Source: Phoronis australis (lineage: Eukaryota; Animalia; Phoronida). Taken from it: a stretch of DNA of 64,000 nt. The notes under the pieces were generated by a model that worked only from the letters and a program-made list of their open reading frames with translations, was not told the origin of the DNA and did not search any database. How positions within the stretch are numbered: position 1 is the first letter of the stretch; every line of letters starts with the position of its first letter. A program made the translations under genes and the position numbers. Below are positions 53,401 to 64,000 of this stretch, piece after piece. The stretch lies in NCBI GenBank assembly GCA_002633005.1, contig NMRA01000005.1:287678-351677 (forward strand), given 5' to 3'.

Positions 53401-53457
53401 CATCAGTTACAGTGATCATTCACAACAACACGGGATAATACAACAGTGTATACTTAC

Positions 53458-53520
53458 GAGAAAGAGAAACACGATCGCAAAATTAAGAAATCTTTTGTCT
53501 GTCATTTGTGGAGTGTCATA
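53458..53520 (-). other. prickle: Probable 5' untranslated first exon of Prickle
   Basis: Strong donor CTC|gtaagta at 53457, facing the HAUS7 start; transcription start not determinable. Confidence 0.55.
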
Positions 53521-53740
53521 AATTGTAACCGGAAGTCATATACGAAAGGCGTCATCTGTTGTCGATTAATTTTCATTTTATACATAAACTAGATTATACA
53601 ACATAATTTAGTGCTTGATCATTACAAAAGCTGAAAATTTTCCGTTTAAAAGTTTCTTTTCCACAATAAAATTAAAAAACTTTTCAAATGTTGTACAAAA
53701 ATAATAACAGATGGCGCTGTTGAAAAGACAAATGGCGGCT
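53520..53740. promoter_or_regulatory. Candidate bidirectional promoter for Prickle and HAUS7
   Basis: Divergent first exons ~250 bp apart; ETS/GABP-type CCGGAAGT at 53529-53536; YY1-type AGATGGCG (53709) and AAATGGCGGC (53730). Confidence 0.55.
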
Positions 53741-53800
53741 AGTCCAAAATCGAAGTTTATTGACAAGAGAATAGCCAAGTCTTTAATTACTAGACTGCAG
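53711..53800 (+). CDS. HAUS7: HAUS7 exon 1
   Basis: ATG at 53711 or 53732; CAG|gtagtt donor, phase 0. Confidence 0.75.
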
Positions 53801-56800
53801 GTAGTTTCAAAGCAATGTAGTGTTGAATTGGTTAGGTACATTAATTACACTATCCTCGGTCATCCTACTACTACTTCTTCTCAAAGCACCAAGTTCAGTC
53901 GGAGGCTGTAGCCTCGAGGCTTTTCTAGTTTTCTACAAGAATCTACATTGTCTGGGACAGTCTGGGTTAGGTTAGCCTTGTTGGTGCCACAGGCGCTTGG
54001 GGTTATCGCAAATGACGTCACAATATATATATAAGAAAACATAAAGGTTGGACACTTAAACTTTGCAAAGCCGAGGCTCCCAACTTCAAGCGTCCAAAAT
54101 CCAAATAAAATCTGCGTGCACCTCCCTCAGTCTGGTGTTGCATAAACCTTCGAAGCCTTATCTTTCCTAGATCCCATTAACTGTCTTCGTGAGTGGTGAA
54201 TTGGCGATGGAATTTCCAAAACATCTCAAAACTCTGAACTCAAGGACCTGAAATAGTAAACATTGCGGATTTCTGTTGTGCTTCAACTTGTACGCCTGAC
54301 GTACACTGTAGGTGAAACTTCAAGTTTGAGCAAGCAACCTATATTTCAAATTCAATAACTCTAATCCAAAACTCAACTAATTGAGAATTTTAAAGTTAGT
54401 GTTTTAATGATTATTTGTAACTTTATTCCACTGACGGCTCATTTTAGCCCTTAACTTAGAATTTTATTGCATAAACTGGCGTATCTTGTTTCTCATCTTG
54501 ACATCACGCACTTTTTTGATTGAAGCACAACACACACTCGGCCAGAAAACGCNTCGGCGAATCCGTGAATTTACAAAAGTGGCCGAAAGTGTTAGCCAAT
54601 GAAACGCGTCAAAGATCGATTCTGCATATCCCATGTTCACGCGACTTGCTTACAAGTCATCGGGATCGAGGCATGTTCTCGGTTAGGGTTCTTTTGAACT
54701 TGTATTTGGCAACAACCAAATAACGGTCGGATTAACAAGAGCTGCTGTGTATTTGCCAGGTATCTGTTTAGAAGTGTAAAAACTCAGCTCGCATTCGTTG
54801 GAAATTCCAGGTCGCATTTTGCGACTTTATACGAGCTGACAAAAATCTCAGCTCGCATTTCCAAATTTCAGGTCGCAAATGCGACCTGCAGCTCGTTATG
54901 TCGAGCCCTGGGCAAGGTGAGTGTCAATTGACTCCCAGATTTTCCATGCCCCCTGCTGGTCTTTAGCTCTACATGTTGATAGAGCCTACAAGTTTCACAG
55001 CTTGGTGAAGAGCAGAACTACCTGAGATACATGCAGTTTCGAGGTTTGTTGGCGCTGAACACACAGTGTTACGTTCTAGTAGCTGTATTTTGACAATACT
55101 CTTCATACAGCTGGCTGGCTACCATGGTTGGGCTTGGACTTGTATCGACAGCGACAGTGAACGTCTTTAGTTGAACTACAGACGGTAAAGCTCCTATAAG
55201 TGCTTCATACACTGGAAGTTTTTGGGTGAACTACATGTATGCCTGACACTGATTAAACCTTCAAAGTCACGTTGCTTTTGTGCATGGAGTGACACTTTAG
55301 TAGGTTATGGTATACCCTGCTCACTAGTTTGTGAGATCACCACGAGAAGTCTCTGGTAGCGGAGCTTCCGAGGGGATCACGTGTTTTTAGTTAAGTAGAA
55401 ATATACTCTTTTCTTAGTTATTATTAGTAATACACTACAGAGGTGGCCGATGTCTTTAATTCCTTCCAACTCGAACAAATACTCCTGCAATCAAATTTGA
55501 TTTGAGCAGCCCTTCATTCAGTTGCCCAAATCAACATCTGGCCATTTTTACATTGCTCGTGCCAGGCGATATGACAACACTGAATCTTGAACCGGGGTTA
55601 CCCGTATAATTGCCATGAGAGCCAAGCGTACAAACTGTTCAGCCAAGAGGCAATTGCCACTTGGCAAGCGATTTAGAGATGCTTCATATGGCTGTACATC
55701 ACACCCAGAAATCACCTGTCAACAGGTACAAGTATGTATTCATTTTAACATAACATGGACACAGTATTGTAAAGCTGACATTGTACATCTGTTTTTTAAA
55801 AGACATGGTTTGCCTATTTCCTAATTTGTAGCACCTTGCTTGCCCTTACACAGAAGGTGTGGATGAGTCATGGATTACAGAGCTTGTCTACAAGCCAGGT
55901 GAACAGCGTATACGTCTGCTACAGTGGCTCTTCTGCAAGTAAGATAGACATTTATTTAGTAACCGTTGGTCGACACGTACAGTAGTTTAGAAAAGTGATA
56001 AGAATCTTTTCGTCAAAAAGTCAAAAAAATTTATGTCTGCTCCAATCATTATCTGATACTTTTCTTTTTATTTCCTAGACAGAATAGATAGTTGTAAGTT
56101 CTGAGGAAGACAAGTTTAGTATTATAATTCGAACTGTTTTGCATTAAAATGAGGTTTTATTTTGTGTTCATGACTACTTTAAAACATTCTCAAAAACTTT
56201 TGCCTGTGTAGACAAAACTGACACTTACATTTTTGGACAGAATTGACTCCCAGCTACAAGATGTGATTGAACCTTACCATTCAGCTGCGAGCCTGCATAT
56301 CGACTCCAGGATACAAAGTAAGTATGTCTAATCAGACTGGATGTTATTTCTTTAACAATTCCTAGTGTTTGCATGCTCTCTGTAAGTTCTTACCTTCGAG
56401 TGGATCATACTATCACAAACTGTTTTTGGTAGCAGCGAATGAGAAATGTCCATAGTCATCAATGGAGGGAAATCGAGGAATGTTTGTGCCTCTAGATTGC
56501 AGCTACATATATGGTGAGCCCCAGTCCTTTACCAGCAGACACTAAACATGTGGTACAAGTCCCTAGAGTGGCACTTGTAAATGCCGCACGCACCATGCTC
56601 GATGACCCAGCTCCAAATGTAGGGATTTGTGTTGTCTGTTTAATGGGTGGTTGTTCCACTTGTTGATTTGTGCTTTAATCTTGTGTGCTGATAGTCTTTT
56701 CACAATTAAATCTGAAGATTGTATTGCATTTATTATTAAAATTTATGCTTTTTCTTACATTTTTCTTATTTTCAGAACTTTTGTTCGTGGCATCAAGCTT

Positions 56801-59800
56801 GGGTCTATGTCGCTATGATGACGTTGACTTGATAAAGGTAATTGAGTGCACTGAAACGTTTGTAAAAGAAGTCTCAAGGAATTGTATTGTAATGTGAGAC
56901 TGACCAGATTGGTCAGGCTCTGAAGTTAATGCACTTGTAACATCAAACCCTTGTTCAGTGAGTATCTTGAAAAACCACAAAGTGGCACTAGCTTAAAAAG
57001 GGTCCTACTCAAGAATCACTCCAAATGGTCACGTGACTATTGTGTCGGAAACATATTTACCATGCTTTAGTGAATACGTCGCATTGAATGAGTCACTTAA
57101 TAATTGAGACTGTATCATGGTACTTTAGGACTCGCATCACGTGGTAGTCATGTGATCACTGTAGTCTTGTGATCAGTGTAGTCACTCGTACACTAATATT
57201 AATTCTACTTCATTGTGTCTACATTGACATAGTCAGAGATATTAACAGTTACATCATTTTGTTTTCACTTAGATGGCAGGTTGTTGCTCCCTGCACTCTG
57301 CACGCACACACACACACGCACGCACGCACACACACACACACACACACACAACGATACTGTGTTTGTACAGAGGTCAATTACATCAGCTGTGGGCCAGTTT
57401 CCACAGTATATTCATTCTTTTGGCTCACTACTGCTTGTTCATTGTTCATGTGGTGTTCATTGTTGCCCTAATTATTGCCAGGGTGTGGTGTCCACCAGCC
57501 GCCAGACTGCGTTCATGGACCACCTGTTGGAGATGGCTTGTATCATAGACGAGGCTGAAGACTCTCAAAGTAGAGCCATGTCTAGCCCTGGTGTCATCAA
57601 GTATGCTAATTAAAACCTATTTACTTTCCACTAACTGCTCAAATGTGACACCAAGAAATGTTGTCCTTGATGGGATAGTCCCAGTTTCCATTCATTTGGA
57701 ATTGAAAGATTACCTGTGATTGAATTAAAGCTGTCAAATGTGGAAGAATTGGCTGAATCTATGATTTTCTGAAGTGTTTTTTACTTATAAACTTCACTAT
57801 GGGTTGCCTAGAGCTATTTCAACATTCTATCTACAGTGTCCTCATAGCCTAACTTAATTACACGGGCAACATTAACACATTCACATTTTTGATGGGTTCA
57901 GTCTCCTAGGATTGTCTGCATTCCATTTCACAAAGCAAACTCAAGGGCTGGCTGCTTCGCTACTATGGGCTAAGATTAAAAAACAATAAAATTTCACCAT
58001 TGTCGGACAGAAGAAATTTCCAGATTCTCTTTAATCTTCATTTTTCAAATGCTTCTAATATTGTTGCGTATGTCCACAATTGCTCCAAAAAACATTGTTT
58101 AATAGTTGCTGTGGAATGTAATAGAAATAAATTAAAAGTATTATTATTCGATGCCATTTATTTTTCATGAAAATGGAGAAATAAATTTTCCCTTCCAGTT
58201 CTGTACCGTGTTGGAGAGATTGTATTTCATTGAGCAAACTCTAGTAGTGTGCCAGCTACGTTACCATCGACACATAAGTTTGTACAGTTACTGCTGGCAG
58301 GATTCACTAAGGCCTCTAGAACAGCAATTGAAATTAAAATGTCTTTCTTTTTGACGCAGTAATGTCTGGCACTTTGTTTCTCCCATTCACACACAGGGTC
58401 ACCATTTGTTCCAACCTCTGATCTAGTTTATATGACATACTTCATTCTTTGACAACAGTGTGCACCCACATCAGAAGTGTCTCAGTTAGCTATTCATGTA
58501 TTAACCAAATCTCACCTCCTTTTTGATAATAAATGTTATCTGTTTCCAGTAAGAACACACAACTGACTGAACAGTTTGAACGCGACTGTTACTTGACAGA
58601 CAGCCTGGCTGCCAGTGAGCGGATAGACTTCAGCTGCAGGCTTAGTTTACTGCCTGCTGATGTTAAGAAGACAGTTGAAAGGGCGTGGCTGGACAAGGGA
58701 TACTCACCTTCTGATTGGTAGGTTGTCCGTTTTTGATTTGACGTGGTAGAAATAACGACGTAAGAATGATATTTTGAAGCGCCTGTCAGTCCAACAATGA
58801 GGTTGTGTGTTCTCTGTGTTATATACTGTAGAGCTAACTGTGTAGCGTTTCTCCCACAGGCCCCCTGTTCCAGACTTGAACCAAGTGATTCTTGTTGCCG
58901 AAGACTTGGCCAAGAACTTAACACAGCAAAAAGACATACTTCAAGATCTTCATGAGAAGGTAACTGGTTATTCTGCTACAAACTGTTGACTGGGATTCTG
59001 ATTACAGTGTGAACTGTGGTGTAAAATTGGGAGAAGTGTAAATTGATGGTTGACCAAGACAATTGTTCAACTGTCCTGTAATCATACGATGTCACTGTAT
59101 AGAACGCAGGTAGTCTAGGCTTATGTTTTAAGAATGTTTTGCCCAGATCACATACAGTTTATCTAGTTTATTCCAAGTTAATGCAAAATTGTCAACACAA
59201 TACTTTAGACGTATAAATGACTATTAACGTGGCCTGTAGACTTGAATGTCTCCTTTGACTCCTCACGAATGATTGTTTCAGTTCACTTTCCCAGACGAGG
59301 ACCCCCAGCTGAGGGTGAACATCAACAAAACTACGCGATTGGTTCTCTCCGAGCTTTCCCAGATCGTGACAGGATTCTCCTACTGCTTTGAGAACCACAT
59401 GAGGCAGTGGTGCAACAAGTCTGCGCCACGATTGACGGAGATGGGACCCACATTTAAACGTGTCCACATATTGCTCGATCAATTTTCCAAGGTTGGTAAG
59501 CGCTGGCTAATGACGCTTTTAATTCAATGGGTTTAAACCTGTGTTTCACCCATGAAGCACACTTTATGTAAGCTGCTTACCGTTGTAAAATGACTATGAA
59601 CCTGCGCTCCATTAAAGAAGCAATTATTTGTTGTAAATTACTTACTGGTATAAAATTGGTTTTACCAGATGAGAAGTGATTTCTGGTTGGTTATTCCTGG
59701 CGACTTGATGCAGTAATAAACTGGTAGTTATTTTAAAGCCCTCCAATTTGAAAGAAACAATTTCAAACCAAATTTTGTAAAGTAAGAGGTCTCATTTTTT

Positions 59801-62392
59801 GTGATGGAAGACAGGTTTATATCTGGTTTAAAAAAACTTTGTTCAATTGACTACAATCCTACGTACCTAGAGGGTTCATTGCAATGCTTTTGACTGTACT
59901 GACTGTACATGTTTGTTTAAAATTACACATTATATTTAATAGCAAGTGCCTGTAGGAGGGTAGTGTTAACGTGTTTTTACATTAAACTGTCGTCATCTTA
60001 AGATACCTTTCCACAATTCGTTCCTTACAGCTGCTCTCAGGGTTACACACAATACATACTTCAGTCACAAAACTGGACAGCAAGGTGCCAGCCTCATCAC
60101 AAGCGAAAACGAGAAGGGACACAAACGACTTAGGTATGATTATACAACTGTGTGCATTTCAGCATCTGCTTTCCCCATTTTAGATTGTAAACTGTTTTGT
60201 AATAGCTTGACATCCACAAGCTTTTAAGAAACTTAGAAATTACCGTCGATCTTTCTGTTAATTTGAGTTGTACAATTATTTTTAAATTTCGATTTGCTAA
60301 AAATGAAACCGAATCCTTGCAAAATTTAGCCAATAATAAAGAACCATAGTTTTCTAGAATAAACAAAAAATTAATATTGAAAGCTAATATTTTGCTCGGG
60401 TGTTTATTTCTGTAGCATGAATTTATTACCAAAAATACAAGCAATTCCATCGCTTGCATGGTTTTCTCAATTACTCAAAGACTTAAGCTTTTACTTGATG
60501 CTTGGACTGGACTTTCAGGCCACCGTCTACTGCTGTTTGAATATACAACAAAGTGGCAATGTAATTAAAATGGTTGACAGCAAATATGCAGATATTGAGA
60601 GTAGAATGATGTGCCATTTTAGGTATTTTATTGACATTTTGTGAGAGGCAGCTACATTGTGAAACATTGGAATTTTGTGAATTTGCATATATATGTGTGC
60701 TTTTAAACTAAATTTGCTAGCCTGACAACTCTGGACTTGTGGAAAAACGAAGCAATCTAGGAAGTGTAGCTAGACAGTAATTGTCAATAAAACAGCTCAG
60801 CATTTAAGCTTTGGTCTAACTATAGTCTTCACATTTTTAAAACACACCAAGATGCAACAATTATCTAGTTTATTGCTGCTGGTCTCAGTACTTCATTTCA
60901 ATAAACTAATGTCTTTATTGACGATTTCTTGTTAAGTTCAAATGACTGATATTGTCTTATAGTTTGGTATTACTTTGGAACACAGCTCAGACACTATGAC
61001 CACGTACGATTCAGTGTGTGCTATTGAACGTGCTTTGAAAGTGCAAAAATATAACCCATCTTTTAATTACCATTGTCAGTTTATTACTTTTAAGTTATTA
61101 GTGATGCTGCAAACATGTCTTAAGAGCCACATCTGGATGTTACTGTTCAAGGAAAGCTTTCAAGTAAAACGGAAAATAGTGGCACTGTCTTAGGTCAACA
61201 GATTGTACTTCAGGCCCAGGTGCACTTTTCGACAATTTTTGGCAATGCATCAGTTTATAGATAAAATTTTTGCACCACTGGAGCTAAACAATTGTAATTA
61301 CAAAAATGGCATTTTGAGCAGACTAACTTTTCTTTAAAAATTTGTTTCCAGTTTTTATAGGCATCTTGAAATGAAAAATAAGGTGCCTCACCAGTGGCGA
61401 AAATATTTCATGGACAAGTGTTTAGCACCACCGAACGTTCACTTAATGAGGCACATGTAGGATTTCATGGCGTGGTGTATTAAATTCTTTGTAATGACCA
61501 CATCATCAAAATGTTATTGTGCAGTGGATTAAACCAATTCATGCAAATAAGCTCCTTAGCCATGAATGAAAAGCATTTATCAGTAGATTCAGATATCAAA
61601 TTCAAGATTTATGAAATGGGAAAAGTGCAGTTCTAAACTGAAAGCCTCTGTGCCTAGATCAGTAATAATAAGATTTACTGAAAAGTTGAAAATGATTTTA
61701 ATTTAAAATTTGTTGTTTTGGGGTGTATCATATTGGTATTTAATTGAAACCTGAATTTTACAAAAACATTGCAAATCATATGCGTTTTCATTTGCAAAAT
61801 GCTGCTTTTCATTGTTAAGGTTACCGATTAAGCCCAAAGGAGTTGGAACTGAGTAAAAGGAAAATAGATTTATATTGAACTCCAGAGTTAAGGTGCGAGT
61901 TGCATTTTATATTTTGCATGGTTAGAGCCCACAACTTTCAGGCAAACTACAACAAAGTATGCCACAGGGAAATAATTTTTTTCCAGCCAAAAATTCTTTA
62001 TAATAAATACTGTCAGAAATTTTCGACATCTGCACTTCCTGATGTCTTCCTCGGTGCATACTAGGTGGTGCTGAGTTTATATCCAGATATAGAGTTACTG
62101 CAGCATAAAATATCCTGTGTACAGCGCCACCTAGTATGCACTGAGGAAGACATCAGGAAGGGCTGATGTCAAAAATTTCTCCAGGCATTTACCACCTTTT
62201 TGCATGGGAAAATGAATTTTCCCGTGTCAGTTGTTATTCTGATTCACCATGTTGATGAAACTGTTTGAAAACAACAAAGTGTCTTTTTTAGCCATGGTTG
62301 GAGAAGAAACTCTCAAGAGACTTCAGGAATGCACTGCCATCTTGGAAGAATCATTCCAACGGAATGAGACGGGCTCCAGTGGACGGCGATAA
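53711..62392 (+). CDS. HAUS7: HAUS augmin-like complex subunit 7, 10 coding exons, 378 aa (371 aa if ATG 53732 is used)
   Basis: Exons 53711-53800, 55832-55938, 56241-56317, 56776-56837, 57482-57600, 58550-58717, 58860-58959, 59282-59491, 60031-60133 and 62292-62392 are phase-compatible (1137 nt). LACPYTEG, RIRLLQWLF, LGLCRYDDVDLIKG and QTAFMDHLLE parallel human HAUS7 LNCPFLEG, RLEILEWMC, LMLCAPDDQELLKG and QLHFMDQLLD (recalled). Confidence 0.9.
54770..54910. mobile_element. Right end of a hAT-like non-autonomous element; same subterminal repeats at window positions 1-60
   Basis: Repeated CAG(C/G)TCGCA units and terminus GTCGAGCCCTG. Confidence 0.5.
55832..55938 (+). CDS. HAUS7: HAUS7 exon 2 (HLACPYTEGVDESWITELVYKPGEQRIRLLQWLFC)
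   Basis: ttgtag / AA|gtaaga, phase 0>2. Confidence 0.9.
56241..56317 (+). CDS. HAUS7: HAUS7 exon 3
   Basis: ggacag / A|gtaagt, phase 2>1. Confidence 0.85.
56776..56837 (+). CDS. HAUS7: HAUS7 exon 4 (LLFVASSLGLCRYDDVDLIK)
   Basis: tttcag / AAG|gtaatt, phase 1>0. Confidence 0.88.
57482..57600 (+). CDS. HAUS7: HAUS7 exon 5
   Basis: tgccag / AA|gtatgc, phase 0>2; QTAFMDHLLE. Confidence 0.88.
58550..58717 (+). CDS. HAUS7: HAUS7 exon 6
   Basis: ttccag / TG|gtaggt, phase 2>2. Confidence 0.85.
58860..58959 (+). CDS. HAUS7: HAUS7 exon 7
   Basis: ccacag / AAG|gtaact, phase 2>0. Confidence 0.85.
59282..59491 (+). CDS. HAUS7: HAUS7 exon 8 (GFSYCFENHMRQWCNK...MGPTFKRVH)
   Basis: tttcag / AAG|gttggt, phase 0>0. 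Confidence 0.88.
60031..60133 (+). CDS. HAUS7: HAUS7 exon 9
   Basis: ttacag / G|gtatga, phase 0>1. Confidence 0.82.
61968..62223. repeat. Foldback (MITE-like) inverted repeat in HAUS7 intron 9
   Basis: 62015-62074 pairs with 62122-62180; weaker outer arms. Confidence 0.75.
62292..62392 (+). CDS. HAUS7: HAUS7 terminal coding exon (AMVGEETLKRLQECTAILEESFQRNETGSSGRR*)
   Basis: tttttag acceptor; phase 1 matches exon 9; TAA at 62390-62392. Confidence 0.75.
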
Positions 62393-62398
62393 CGGATG

Positions 62399-62510
62399 AG
62401 ATGTTCATACCCACCAACGTCTTTACTAGACCGACGTGGAATTGATTCCTGGATGGGATATTCATACCCACCAACATGTGCACTAGACGGACGTGGAAGT
62501 GATTCCTAAA
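62399..62510 (+). repeat. Two-copy ~57-bp tandem repeat just after the HAUS7 stop codon
   Basis: TTCATACCCACCAAC...ACTAGAC.GACGTGGAA.TGATTCCT twice. Confidence 0.8.
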
Positions 62511-64000
62511 CATGTGTCACAAACGAGTGCACTAAACTGGCATGGAAATTCAGCATGGGTGTACACAGCACTGTCACTAGAGATGGATACTGTATTGACA
62601 CAAATAACTAGTGTATCCAGACAGTGTATTGGCACATAATAACTGTTAACTTCAGAGACAATACTTTATTGAGCCAAAACAAGTGCTATTTTTTGACATG
62701 GACACTGTATTGATACATAACAAGTGGGAATGAACACAGTATTGTTACTGACAAGTCTAGTTAGCCACAGGCTTGCCGTCTTCCAACTGGCTATCACGTA
62801 ACCCTTCTTTGGTGCTCTATGCCATGGTAGACTCTTGTTATTCCAGCAGATGACATCATAATCCATCTGCCTTGGTAACAGTTTGCAATGAAGTCTTTAA
62901 AACAGGTGTGCACCCTGCTCTGTAAATAACGTATAATGTACAGTGCCTTTGTATAAAAATAAGTGTTTTATTAATATATAAAAATCTTTTCTTTAAATAT
63001 TATGCTCAAAGTCGTTAGAATCAAGTTCCTTGAGACCAAACTGTTTCAAGTGCATAACAACCACGATGACAAAATACTCTGGTTACGTGCTTCGCATTTC
63101 AAACACTAAGGATTTACAGTTTGTCACCATATAGCTAGGGACTGTTTACACACAATCTTCAACTGGCATTATATTTCTCCTGTTCTCAGAGCCAGACATT
63201 TTGTCCAGTTTATTATGAATACATTACTATGTTGACAAATAGCAAACCAACTTTGAATTTTCGTGACTGATAAAATACATCTTTAAAATGTAAAACTTTT
63301 ACTTGAAGTCTGGCAACACAGACCATTTTGCACTTCAAAAAACATCAATGCCCTATATTCATTCTAGTAAAACACCTTTTTAACGCATTTCGTTCAATTC
63401 ACACACAGGGAGTTGGCGATGCTTGGTTCTCAGTTAATTTCGCACACCCGTCAACTACAAAGTCTGTATATTCAGTTTATTTGGCACAAGCTGGTGATCA
63501 GGAAAATACCTCTAATTTATTTTGTGCGAAATAAGAGAAAAATAACCGTAGACGTACAGGATATATAGGCGGATCCTGGCGTGGTCAAAGGGATCCCGAT
63601 TGCTTCTTTTTCGCTTGATTATAGTGAAGATGTAAAATCGTAGAATTTTAAAATTGTTGACTTAGACACCCCTTTTAAAAAAATCCTTGCTCCGATCCCT
63701 CCTTTTAAAAAATCCTGGATCCGCCGCTGGGATAGTGAAACTGGAGGTTTGGTGTGAAAGCAAGCAACACAATGTTGGCATGTTTTGACATGATGAAAAA
63801 TCTTTCAGTTGCATTGCAACAACGCATGTTCTTCACGGATGTTACCGAGTGTATGAAATAGCAACGTAAATACCCTCCCTGTAAAACCTAAGTAACCAAA
63901 CGCACTGCACGACATCCATTATCAAATCTGAGGGTACTATATCACTGTGTTGGTTGTCAGTGACGGGTTAGGCTGCGATGGGGATACTGCTGCTTGAATC

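Noticed and set aside
62313-62866. Minus-strand ORFs as a convergent gene
   Set aside because: They overlap the HAUS7 last exon and 3' UTR repeat; no homology or splice support.

Overview
This is AT-rich, intron-containing genomic DNA from an invertebrate animal, probably a marine lophotrochozoan or deuterostome; the species cannot be determined from sequence. The right half holds two intact head-to-head genes about 250 bp apart. One is a Prickle gene (minus strand, ~562 aa) with a Prickle3/testin-type Cys-rich N-terminus, PET domain, three LIM domains and a CaaX end. The other is HAUS7/augmin subunit 7 (plus strand, 10 coding exons). The left half is a transposon-rich, tandemly duplicated region with six plus-strand exons that splice in one open frame. 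Two copies of an exon pair resembling the cytoplasmic poly(A)-binding protein (PABPC) linker are followed by an acidic segment and the start of a PARP-type catalytic domain, not by the MLLE domain. This is an apparent PABPC-PARP chimera whose ends are not visible in the window. Just downstream is a ~700-nt, densely base-paired segment with Pol III-like signals that I could not assign to any known RNA family. Mobile DNA includes decayed Gypsy copies, a solo LTR, a DIRS-type tyrosine-recombinase unit without RT, a deleted Kolobok element, a Penelope fragment with hammerhead-like motifs, Helentron/HINE elements and several MITEs. Two single-'n' joins create false tandem duplications. All family assignments come from motifs read by eye and recalled homologue sequences; no searches were run.
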